A DNA stretch of 64,000 nt from an uncultured bacterium (GTDB lineage: Bacteria > Planctomycetota > Phycisphaerae > UBA1845): assembly GCA_965371245.1 (NCBI GenBank), contig CBDUXT010000007.1:12999-76998 (forward strand). The letters run 5' to 3'. The notes under the pieces are model-generated. The model ran no database searches, was not told the DNA's origin, and was given only the letters and a program-made list of their open reading frames with translations. This document shows, in pieces, positions 56,235 to 64,000 of this stretch. A program made the translations under genes and the position numbers. Within the stretch, counting starts at the first letter, position 1. Every line of letters starts with the position of its first letter.

Positions 56235-56288
56235 GTGTGGCACCGGCATCTTGCCGGTGCTCTCACGGGCTGGAAGCCCGTGCCACAC
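56235..56288. repeat. Composite palindromic element (54 nt), copy A
   Basis: gtgtggcac-ccggcatcttgccgg-tgctctca-cgggctggaagcccg-tgccacac followed by cttttcaacgg. Identical to copy B except for the central spacer. Lies between convergent genes. Confidence 0.85.
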
Positions 56289-56303
56289 CTTTTCAACGGC
56301 CCG

Positions 56304-56951
56304 CTACGTGCGTTCTTCGGCCTCTTCGCGGAGGTGGCCGATGATGTTGTGCCATACCTGTGCCACTTCCTGGAATTCGTACTGCAGCACGTCGGCCAGG
56401 AGAACGTAGTCCTGAACCTGGAGGGCCTCCTTGACTTGAAGGAGCGTGCCCATCGGTCGCTGAATCAGCGCGACGAGCGTTTCGCCGCCGGCTTGGGCTG
56501 TCTCCGGGTCCAGCCCGAGCATCTCGATGGACTTCCCTAGCGCCTCGTGAATCTGTTGCCAGGTCCGCAGGCACTCGCCGAGCATCGTGGTGGCCTCGCT
56601 CGTTAGCCCCTGCGTCAACAGGTTGGCCACCTCCTGGCATGCCGTTTCACTGTCGCAGAGGCAGCGGGCGGCCTGCTCCATGGCATCGGTGACCAGAGAT
56701 CCGGTGGTCCCGGTGAAGACCTCCAGGCGTTCGAAGGAACGGGCGGGCTTGAGGAGTGTCTCGGCCATCTCGTTGGCCGGCACGTCGGTTCCGTCGCACC
56801 GGAACCCGACCACGACTTGGGCCGAGCCGCACAGCGCCGTTTGGACCTGGTGCAGCGACTCCTCGATCGTGGCCTCCTCAGCGAGAAAGCCTGTTTCGAT
56901 CGGTTTGTCGTCCAGGAAGATATCCAAGGCGCTTCTCCTTGTGTGGCGCAC
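56304..56951 (-). CDS. Hypothetical cytoplasmic protein (215 aa)
   Basis: Clean ORF with acidic helical composition. No motif was recognised. Confidence 0.45.
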   Translation of the reverse strand: MRHTRRSALDIFLDDKPIETGFLAEEATIEESLHQVQTALCGSAQVVVGFRCDGTDVPANEMAETLLKPARSFERLEVFTGTTGSLVTDAMEQAARCLCDSETACQEVANLLTQGLTSEATTMLGECLRTWQQIHEALGKSIEMLGLDPETAQAGGETLVALIQRPMGTLLQVKEALQVQDYVLLADVLQYEFQEVAQVWHNIIGHLREEAEERT

Positions 56952-57029
56952 GACCTCGTGTTTCGCCGCACTCGCTTCGTTATCGGCTTGATCGTGCCGT
57001 TGGCCGCAATCGGTCCGCCCTGTTAGGAA

Positions 57030-57797
57030 TCAGGTTGACCTCTTCTTCGAACCGCTCTCAAACGGGGGAGGGACCTTCCACTCGCCAAGCAGCGCCACCA
57101 TGTCCGTGACCCCGAGTGGTCGGGGTAGCGCGTACAACTCGCCGTAGCGGACACCGATCATGCTTCCATCGACGCCGGCGCCGCTACGAATGTAGTGCTC
57201 CAGGCCGGCGAGTCGTTCCCCGTCGAACTGGGAGCGATAGCATCGAACGGCCTCCAGCTTTTGCTCGAGCGTGTCGCTGATATCCACGACGAATTGGCTG
57301 TGCCAGTGATGCACCTCGGCAGCCAACCGGACGGGGCGGTAGACCAGATGATCGATGCGGAACGGTTCGGTGCCGTCGAACCGCTCCTCCCATTTTGTGA
57401 GCTGCGCGTAGAACCGCGAGGCCTCGGTGATGAGCTGGGCCTGGTAGTGGTCCGGCGAGGCGCTGGGCGTCCGTCCGGCCATCCCCACCAGCACCTTGGG
57501 GCGATACCGCCGCAGAACGGTAGCAACGCGATACCGGGCTTCCGGACCGTCCATCAACACGCGGTTCGGTATGTCCAACATCTCACACACCTGAACGCCG
57601 AGAATGTCCGCGGCGGATCGCATCTCCTTCATCCGTGTTTCGGGCGTGCCGCGCGGGGTCGGCTCCCCGTTGGTCATGTGGACCATGCCGACGCGATAGC
57701 CCTGCTTGACCAGCTTGGCGATCGTTCCGCCCATGGTGATCTCCAGGTCGTCGGGGTGGGGCGCCGTAAACACGATGTCGAGGTGTGCATCTGCCAT
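57030..57797 (-). CDS. PIG-L/LmbE-family N-acetylglucosaminyl deacetylase
   Basis: VFTAPHPDDLEITMGGTIAKLVKQGYRVGMVHMTNGE carries the AHPDD.E signature, plus downstream H/D residues. Confidence 0.8.
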   Translation of the reverse strand: MADAHLDIVFTAPHPDDLEITMGGTIAKLVKQGYRVGMVHMTNGEPTPRGTPETRMKEMRSAADILGVQVCEMLDIPNRVLMDGPEARYRVATVLRRYRPKVLVGMAGRTPSASPDHYQAQLITEASRFYAQLTKWEERFDGTEPFRIDHLVYRPVRLAAEVHHWHSQFVVDISDTLEQKLEAVRCYRSQFDGERLAGLEHYIRSGAGVDGSMIGVRYGELYALPRPLGVTDMVALLGEWKVPPPFESGSKKRST

Positions 57798-57985
57798 CCG
57801 GTCGAGAATCTCCTGCGCTGAGCATGGGGAAGAGTGCGTCCGGCAAGACTATAGGCCGGTCCGTCCGAGTCGACAACGGTGGGGCGTGTCCGGCCACTGG
57901 ACCGCGCTGGTCCCGGTGCCCGAGCGGATCAGGCAGCGGGATAAGCCTCTGGTGATTCGGCGGCTCACGCGGTACAACTGTGGTC

Positions 57986-58477
57986 ATGACACGGAGCGAG
58001 GCTCAGGACAGTGACCGCGACGAGATCGCGGAGTTCATCGAGCGGCACTGGCACAGCCGCGTCGTGATGAGCCGAGGGCGGGCGTTCCAGCCGCACCACG
58101 AGGGGGCGATCCTGGAACGCGCCGAGGGGCGAATCGTCGGGTTGCTGACGTACCACATCGATCACGAGGGGATGGAGATTCTGACGCTCAACAGCACCCT
58201 TGAGGGCCGGCGCATCGGTTCGTCATTGATGCTGGACGCGATCGAAACGGCCCGCAAGCGAGGCTGCCGCCGGATTTTCCTGACCACCACCAACGTGAAC
58301 CTTCGCGCGATTGGGTTCTACCAACGGCTCGGCTTCCGAATGGTGGCGATCAACGTCGGGGTGGTGGATGAGGCCCGGAAGACGAAGCCCGAGATTCCGG
58401 AGACCGACGAGCGCGGCATTCCGATTCGTGACGAGATTCTCATGGAGCTTGAGGTCGAGCCCTATCTCGACGGGTAG
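57986..58477 (+). CDS. GNAT-family N-acetyltransferase
   Basis: RRIGSSLMLDAIETARKRGCRRIFLTTTNVNLRAIGFYQRLGFRMV is the acetyl-CoA-binding motif A (R/Q-x-x-G-x-G/A). Confidence 0.8.
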   Translation: MTRSEAQDSDRDEIAEFIERHWHSRVVMSRGRAFQPHHEGAILERAEGRIVGLLTYHIDHEGMEILTLNSTLEGRRIGSSLMLDAIETARKRGCRRIFLTTTNVNLRAIGFYQRLGFRMVAINVGVVDEARKTKPEIPETDERGIPIRDEILMELEVEPYLDG

Positions 58478-58685
58478 ACCACGCCCGCCGCCGCGTTTTC
58501 CGCGGTTCCAGGGTTGCCAACGCGGTCCGGTGATGCTTGCCCACCTTTCACGCTCCTGCACCCGCACGGGGCTTTTTTCATCTGTTCAGGCGGCGGTAGT
58601 CTGCTCCAAATCGTCATCCTATAGTGAAACGGTCGACGATGGTCGATAAAACGCCACGTCAAGGCACTATAGGAGGTCTACGCGC

Positions 58686-59732
58686 ATGGATGAAGCGGGA
58701 ACGGCGGGACGGTCGCGCAAAGACTGGCGGCGGGGGCGCTCAGAGGCGATCAAGCGTCTCTTGGAGGAATATGCCCCGAGCCGGAACGACGACCTGCTGT
58801 TTCAAATGATGGTGACGATCTGCCGACTCGGGGCGGACGACGCCGATCGCGGAGACCTGAAGGTGCTCAACGTGGCGCTGAAGGAGCTGCGATACGCATT
58901 CAAGATCTTTGCACCCTATACGGAGACGCCCAAGGTCAGCATCTTCGGGTCGGCCCGCACGCCGGAATCCCATCCCCAGTACATCGAAGCCAAGAAGTTC
59001 GCGACGTTGATACAGCGGGCCGGCTGGATGGTCATCACCGGCGCTGGTGACGGCATCATGCGGGCCGGACACCACGGTGCCAGCCGGCGCTCGAGCTTCG
59101 GTGTGGCGATCAGTCTCCCGTTCGAGCAGTCGGCCAACACGATCATTGCCAAGGATCCCAAGCTGGTGAACTTCAAGTATTTCTTCACGCGGAAGCTCGT
59201 CTTCGTGAAGGAGGCCAAGGCGATCGTTCTGTTTCCGGGTGGGTTTGGGACCCAGGACGAGGGATTTGAGTCCTTGACGCTGATCCAGACGATCAAGGCC
59301 TCCCCCGTGCCCGTGGTGCTCTGCCATGAGCCCGGAGGAAGCTACTGGAATGATTGGCTCCGGTTCGTACGTGTTGCGCTGCTGCACAAGGCCATGATCG
59401 ACGAACAAGACATGAACCTCTTTCGTATCACCGATCGCGCCGAGGACGCCGTTGCGGAGGTTGTCCAGTTCTACCGGCGCTTCCATTCGGCCCGTTTCGT
59501 GGGTGAGAAGCAGGTTTTCAGGTTGAATCAGCCGCTTTCCGCCGAAACGCTCTCGGACATCAACGATTCCTTCGCCGATATTATCTTGACGGGCCGATTC
59601 GAACAGCACGACGGACCCGTCGAAGAGGAAAACGGGGCCTACCCGGAAAAGGCCAGGCTGGTGTTCGCCTTTGATCGCCGCAGTGCCGGTCGGCAGCGGT
59701 TGTTGATCAACCGGATCAATGCGGAGGTGTAA
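58686..59732 (+). CDS. LOG/TIGR00730-family Rossmann-fold nucleotide-binding protein (long form)
   Basis: VSIFGSARTPESHPQYIEAKKFATLIQRAGWMVITGAGDGIMRAGHHGA and VLFPGGFGTQDEGFESLTLIQT match the PGGxGTxxE LOG signature. Confidence 0.75.
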   Translation: MDEAGTAGRSRKDWRRGRSEAIKRLLEEYAPSRNDDLLFQMMVTICRLGADDADRGDLKVLNVALKELRYAFKIFAPYTETPKVSIFGSARTPESHPQYIEAKKFATLIQRAGWMVITGAGDGIMRAGHHGASRRSSFGVAISLPFEQSANTIIAKDPKLVNFKYFFTRKLVFVKEAKAIVLFPGGFGTQDEGFESLTLIQTIKASPVPVVLCHEPGGSYWNDWLRFVRVALLHKAMIDEQDMNLFRITDRAEDAVAEVVQFYRRFHSARFVGEKQVFRLNQPLSAETLSDINDSFADIILTGRFEQHDGPVEEENGAYPEKARLVFAFDRRSAGRQRLLINRINAEV

Positions 59733-59780
59733 GCGTGCTGCGCCGGGCATCGACGCCAACCGCGAGTAGGAGGTCATCCA

Positions 59781-60869
59781 ATGTCATCCGAGACTCATCC
59801 AGAAGAGACAAGACCAGCCGCCGACGACGTGGCGATGGTCGAGAAGCTCGTTACGTCCAACGACCAGATTCGGTCCCTCCTCGGTCGCGTGATCGTGGGG
59901 CAGGAAGCGGTCATCGATCAGTTGTTGGTGGCGCTGTTTTCCGGCGGGCACTGCATCCTCGAGGGTGTTCCCGGCCTGGCCAAGACATTGCTGGTCAGCA
60001 CGCTGGCGCGGCTCCTGTCGTTGAGCTTTTCGCGCATTCAATTTACCCCCGATCTGATGCCGTCGGACATCACCGGGACGGAGGTCATCGAGGAGGATCG
60101 CGGGACGGGTGCTCGATCGCTTCGCTTCGTGAAGGGGCCGATCTTCGCAAACGTCGTCCTCGCCGACGAGATCAACCGGACGCCGCCCAAGACGCAGGCG
60201 GCGCTGCTGGAGGCGATGCAGGAGAACCAGGTTACGGCCGCCGGATTCCCTCACAAGCTGCCCAAGCCCTTCTTCGTGCTGGCGACGCAGAACCCCATTG
60301 AGCAGGAAGGAACGTATCCGCTGCCCGAGGCGCAGCTCGATCGATTCATGTTCAAGATCCTCGTCGATTACCCGTCCGAGAGCGAGGAATTCGAGATCGT
60401 GAAGATGACCACCGCCTCGCACGAAGCGAAACTCGAACGGACGCTCAACGCCCGCGACGTCTTGGCGCTTCAGGACATCGTCCGTCGCGTGCCATGCGCC
60501 GACCATGTCATCCGTTACGCCGCGCGTCTGACCCGTGCCACGCGGGTGGGAAAGGGCGAAGTGCCCCAGGTCGTGAAGGACTATGTGGCGTGGGGCGCGG
60601 GGCCGCGCGCATCGCAGCATCTCGTTTTGGCCGCCAAGGCGCGGGCGGTGCTGAAGGGACGCTACTACGTGTCCATCGACGACATCCGCGCGGTTGCTCA
60701 CCCGGTCTTGCGGCATCGCGTGTTGACCAACTTCAACGCTGAGGCGGACGGTGTCCGCAGCGACGACATCGTCGATCGCCTTCTGGAATCGTTGCCGTCT
60801 GATGCGTCCACCATGATGGACGAGGGACTGGCCGGTCGCGTGTTTGCGGCGCCGCGGACCGAGTCGTAG
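59781..60869 (+). CDS. MoxR-family AAA+ ATPase
   Basis: [86 protein letters not shown]. Confidence 0.9.
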   Translation: MSSETHPEETRPAADDVAMVEKLVTSNDQIRSLLGRVIVGQEAVIDQLLVALFSGGHCILEGVPGLAKTLLVSTLARLLSLSFSRIQFTPDLMPSDITGTEVIEEDRGTGARSLRFVKGPIFANVVLADEINRTPPKTQAALLEAMQENQVTAAGFPHKLPKPFFVLATQNPIEQEGTYPLPEAQLDRFMFKILVDYPSESEEFEIVKMTTASHEAKLERTLNARDVLALQDIVRRVPCADHVIRYAARLTRATRVGKGEVPQVVKDYVAWGAGPRASQHLVLAAKARAVLKGRYYVSIDDIRAVAHPVLRHRVLTNFNAEADGVRSDDIVDRLLESLPSDASTMMDEGLAGRVFAAPRTES

Positions 60870-60897
60870 GAGTCGGTCGAAGAAGTCTCGACCGCGC

Positions 60898-60951
60898 GTG
60901 TGGCACCGGCATCTTGCCGGTCAAAACACGGGCTGGAAGCCCGTGCCACAC
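60898..60951. repeat. Composite palindromic element (54 nt), copy B
   Basis: gtgtggcac-ccggcatcttgccgg-tcaaaaca-cgggctggaagcccg-tgccacac followed by tttttcaacgg. Lies 28 nt after the moxR stop and before the DUF58 gene. Confidence 0.85.
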
Positions 60952-61072
60952 TTTTTCAACGGATGGGTAGCCCTATCCTACCGCTTTGTTCGATGGGCGG
61001 CTCCGAAAGATAGCCTTGGCCGAAGCGCAGCCGGCGTTGCGGTCCGTGCCCGTCCGCCTTGGCAACAGCGAC

Positions 61073-62017
61073 ATGGAAGAAGCCAAACACGACTACCGAA
61101 AATACCTGGAGCCGAAGGTCTTGGCGCGAATCGGCGGCCTGGAGCTGCGCGCTCGCATGATCGTCGAGGGCTTCTTCATGGGCATGCACCATAGCCCGCA
61201 CCACGGAGCCTCGGTCGAGTTCGCCGACCACCGCGCCTACAGCCAGGGAGACGACCTGCGGCATATCGATTGGAAAGTCTTTGGCAAGACCGACAAGTAT
61301 TACATCAAGGAGTACGAGCAGGAAACCAACCTCGACTTGATGCTGGTGGTCGATGCCAGCGAGTCGATGGACTACCGGTCGGCTGACGCCAGTCTGTCGA
61401 AGTTCGAGTATGCCACCGCCACGGCCGCGGCCATCGCCTATCTCACGTTGCAACAGCAGGACTCCGTCGGGCTGATCATGTTCGACGAGGATCTCCGGCA
61501 GGTCATCAAGCCTTCCAACGCCGCGCATCAGTGGCGAACGCTCGTCAAGGAGTTGGCCGGCAACGTCGGTGGTGCAAAAACGTCGATGGGCAGGGTTCTG
61601 CACGCGCTCGCGGAACGCCTGGTCCGCCGAATGCTCGTGATTCTCATCAGTGATCTGTTCGACGACGCCGACGCCATCCTCAAGGGGTTCCGGCACCTGC
61701 GCTACCGTCGGCATGAGCTGATCGTTTGGAACATCTGGGATCCGGCCGAACTCAACCTGCCGTTCAAGGGGCCAATCCTTTTCGAGGGGCTCGAGTCGTC
61801 CGGTCGGTTGCTGACCGATCCGCGTTCGCTTCGAGCTCGCTATCTGGACGAAGTCGAGCGATTTCAGAACCGGCTTCGCGCGGGGTGCGGTCACATGCAG
61901 ATTGACTTTACCGTGTTCAACACCGCCGCGGCGCTCGATACGGCCCTGAGCGTTTATCTGGCGACGCGCAACGTCCGGCTGCGACGTCGGTCTTCGCGCG
62001 TCCTGGGAGGAACGTAA
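61073..62017 (+). CDS. DUF58 (vWA-like) protein of the MoxR/Bat operon
   Basis: GGLELRARMIVEGF..G.H.SP.HG.SVEFADHRAYSQGDDLRHIDWKVFGKTDKYYIKEYEQETNLDLMLVVDASESM is the canonical DUF58 pattern. ORF is open from 60986. Confidence 0.85.
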   Translation: MEEAKHDYRKYLEPKVLARIGGLELRARMIVEGFFMGMHHSPHHGASVEFADHRAYSQGDDLRHIDWKVFGKTDKYYIKEYEQETNLDLMLVVDASESMDYRSADASLSKFEYATATAAAIAYLTLQQQDSVGLIMFDEDLRQVIKPSNAAHQWRTLVKELAGNVGGAKTSMGRVLHALAERLVRRMLVILISDLFDDADAILKGFRHLRYRRHELIVWNIWDPAELNLPFKGPILFEGLESSGRLLTDPRSLRARYLDEVERFQNRLRAGCGHMQIDFTVFNTAAALDTALSVYLATRNVRLRRRSSRVLGGT

Positions 62018-62022
62018 CGGGC

Positions 62023-64000
62023 ATGTCGTTACTCTTCGGCCAGGTTATGCCGTTTGTTCATCCCGGCGTCGCGGGCCTCGCGATGGCGACCGGTTTGATC
62101 CCCGTCCTCGTGCACCTCATCAACCGGCGCCGGTACGTGCGCGTTCGTTGGGCCGCGATGTCGTTTCTCATGGCCGCCAATCGACGGACCGCGCGCCGTG
62201 TGTGGTTGGAGGAGCTTCTACTCTTGTTGACCCGCGTTACGCTGATCGTCCTGTTCGGGCTCGCCGTCGCGCGCCCGTTCCTGCCTTCGTCTTCGGCACT
62301 GCCGTTTCGATCGTCCGGTGTCCATCGCGTGATCCTGTTGGACAACTCCCTCTCCATGGACGCAGGGATGCCGGACGAAGCGAGCCGCTTCGAACTCGCC
62401 AAGCGCTGTGCCCAGGGTTTGCTCGGCTCGTTCGCCGCGTCGGATGGCGTCAGCATCGTGACACTCGCGCGGCCGGCGGAGGCCGTCATCGCAGAGGCCG
62501 CCTATGACCGCCGTTTCGCGCGCGAGCGGCTGTTCTCCATCCACCCGACGCAGCGCAGCACCGACACGGTGGGGGCCTTGGACATCGCCCTGGACCTCCT
62601 TCGCGAGTCTCGGTTCCCGGAAGCGAATCGCGCCGTCTACCTGATCTCAGATCTGCCCAATCACATCTGGAGCGGCGACGCCGACCGACCCACGGCGGCC
62701 ATGCGCGCTCTGGCGCGTGTCGCCGATGCGCTGGTCGATTCCGGCGCTGACCTCACGGTCGTCGTCGTGGCGGACGACGCCACGCCGAATACCGGCATCA
62801 CCAGTCTGGCGGCGGAGTCTCCCCTCGTCGGTGTCGATATGCCCGTGCAGGTGACGACGCAGGTGACGAACTTCGGGACCTCGACCGTGCGCGGCGCGGA
62901 GCTCCAGGTTCGGCGGGACGGTCAGATCATCCGGCGAGAGAAGCTGAGACCCCTTGAACCGGGTGGCACGAGCGTTACGCTGATTACGCTGGAGTTCGCG
63001 GCGCCCGGCACGCATGTGATTGAGACGCGGCTGTCCGGCCTGCCGCGCGACGCGCTGGCCCACGACGACGCGAGGTTTCTGTCCATCGAGGTTCGTGAGA
63101 CGGCGCCCGTGCTGCTCGTTGACGGCCGCCCCGGTGCCACGAAGTTGGCGGGACAGGCCGGGTTCCTGGCTACGGCTCTGGCTCCGCGAGTCGCGCCGAC
63201 CGACGCGATGCTCCTTTCTCCCGCAGTGATCACATACTCCGAGCTCGCCGGCGAGGCGCTGTCTTCGTTCGACGTGGTCGTCCTGTGCAACGTCCGGCGA
63301 TTGTCCGAGGCCGCGTGGCGGCGACTGGAAGGGTTCGTCGATCGTGGGGGGGGGTTGTTTGTCTTCGCGGGCGATCTTGTCAGCGTCGATCACTACAATC
63401 GCCTGGGGTATCGTGCCGGGGAAGGACTGTTGCCGGGGCGACTGGCTCGCTCCACGGTCGATCCGAGCGAACGCGCCCAGGACTTGACGATAGCGCCCAG
63501 TCGCCTCGACCACCCGGTGGTCCGGGCGTTCGCCGACCATCCCGAAAGCGGTTTGTTCCTGGCGCGGGTGGATCGCTATCTTCCGATTGAGCCCGACCCG
63601 CAACGCGCCGAGGTGTTGCTGCGCTACTCGGATGACGCGCCGGCGTTGGTCGCGTCGGCTTTCGGGAAAGGCCGCGTGCTGCTCTGCACGACGACGGCCA
63701 ACATGGACTGGACGAATCTGCCGGCCAAAGGCGACTACGTTTCGCTCATGCTGTCCGCCATGGCCCACCTGGCACCGCGCCACGGCGGACATCGCAACGT
63801 GTTGGTGGGCGATCGCCTGCGTGAGCCGTTGACCCCCGCCGAAACGTCGATGCCGCTGCGTGTCGTCTCGGGCGACCGCGCGTCCGCCGAACCCGCCCTG
63901 GTTCCCGACGGCGAGACGCTCGCGCTTGAGTATGGACCGATCCAGCGGGCGCGCGTGCTCACTATTTCCATTGGGGCGACCACGCGGCACTTCGTGGCCA
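62023..64000 (+). CDS. BatA-like protein (aerotolerance-regulator N-terminal TM domain + vWA-like region), 3' end outside the window
   Basis: Not in the ORF track because there is no stop before the window end. Manual translation from ATG 62023 gives MSLLFGQVMPFVHPGVAGLAMATGLIPVLVHLINRRRYVRVRWAAMSFLMAANRR...LLLLLTRVTLIVLFGLAVARP...HRVILLDNSLSM. The frame stays open where checked (62641-63030: VYLISDLPNHIW...). Confidence 0.75.
   Translation, partial: MSLLFGQVMPFVHPGVAGLAMATGLIPVLVHLINRRRYVRVRWAAMSFLMAANRRTARRVWLEELLLLLTRVTLIVLFGLAVARPFLPSSSALPFRSSGVHRVILLDNSLSMDAGMPDEASRFELAKRCAQGLLGSFAASDGVSIVTLARPAEAVIAEAAYDRRFARERLFSIHPTQRSTDTVGALDIALDLLRESRFPEANRAVYLISDLPNHIWSGDADRPTAAMRALARVADALVDSGADLTVVVVADDATPNTGITSLAAESPLVGVDMPVQVTTQVTNFGTSTVRGAELQVRRDGQIIRREKLRPLEPGGTSVTLITLEFAAPGTHVIETRLSGLPRDALAHDDARFLSIEVRETAPVLLVDGRPGATKLAGQAGFLATALAPRVAPTDAMLLSPAVITYSELAGEALSSFDVVVLCNVRRLSEAAWRRLEGFVDRGGGLFVFAGDLVSVDHYNRLGYRAGEGLLPGRLARSTVDPSERAQDLTIAPSRLDHPVVRAFADHPESGLFLARVDRYLPIEPDPQRAEVLLRYSDDAPALVASAFGKGRVLLCTTTANMDWTNLPAKGDYVSLMLSAMAHLAPRHGGHRNVLVGDRLREPLTPAETSMPLRVVSGDRASAEPALVPDGETLALEYGPIQRARVLTISIGATTRHFVA

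Noticed and set aside
58740-61894. Three long minus-strand ORFs (58740..59777, 59784..60716, 60956..61894).
   Set aside because: Each is antisense to a plus-strand gene with unambiguous family motifs (LOG, MoxR, DUF58). Their translations are Arg/Gly/Leu-rich with no motifs.
62647-63990. 447-aa minus-strand ORF, the longest listed ORF in this region.
   Set aside because: Its Arg/Gly/Pro-rich low-complexity translation lies antisense to a plus-strand frame that reads as a BatA-like protein (VYLISDL..., vWA-like). It is a typical high-GC shadow ORF.
1-64000. Scan for CRISPR arrays, rRNA and tRNA genes.
   Set aside because: I noticed no regularly spaced direct repeats with unique spacers, no rRNA-like conserved blocks, and no cloverleaf-compatible T-arm/acceptor pairs other than the tmRNA. 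A by-eye scan can miss degenerate cases.

Overview
High-GC chromosomal window; the gene content looks Planctomycetota-like, which is inference only. All family and domain calls come from by-eye motif recognition on the supplied ORF translations. No searches were run.

Layout:
- 0-12.6 kb: two large secreted beta-helix/FG-GAP surface proteins, a LuxR-type HTH protein, a stand-alone receiver, an ECF sigma + Ser/Thr kinase pair, a small Cys-rich secreted peptide, and a NYN/OST-HTH protein.
- 12.9-28.4 kb: a plasmid/ICE-like block. It holds a wHTH Rep-like protein, ParA with a small partner, a second ECF sigma/TPR-kinase pair, two tandem Replic_Relax-like proteins, a polytopic T4CP-like ATPase, a coiled-coil protein, a DUF932-like protein, and two copies of a small PC4-like protein.
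- 28.8-33.8 kb: a 1184-aa secreted metalloprotease with six near-identical YWTD blades, plus a TPR protein.
- 34.7-50.7 kb: recombinase-rich island DNA abutting the 3' end of ssrA (tmRNA, 50698..51049, minus). It contains a head-to-head integrase and integrase stump, an out-of-frame deletion fusion of a C5-methylase to the tail of hsdM, a 4-nt-overlap cassette (HEPN/AbiJ-like, hsdS, RloC-like zinc-hook ATPase) with no hsdR, an 0.8-kb ORF-free hairpin-dense segment, an XRE-ImmA/IrrE pair, a third PC4-like paralog, xis and int.
- 51-64 kb: core genes. These are accA, an IS remnant, MazG, a PIG-L deacetylase, GNAT, a LOG-family protein, and a MoxR-DUF58-BatA operon whose last gene runs off the window.

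Best candidates for something undescribed:
- the orphaned hsdS-linked effector cassette (38.0-43.1 kb);
- the ORF-free structured segment (44.65-45.46 kb);
- the four-gene Replic_Relax/T4CP-like operon (20.0-25.6 kb);
- the triplicated PC4-like small protein.
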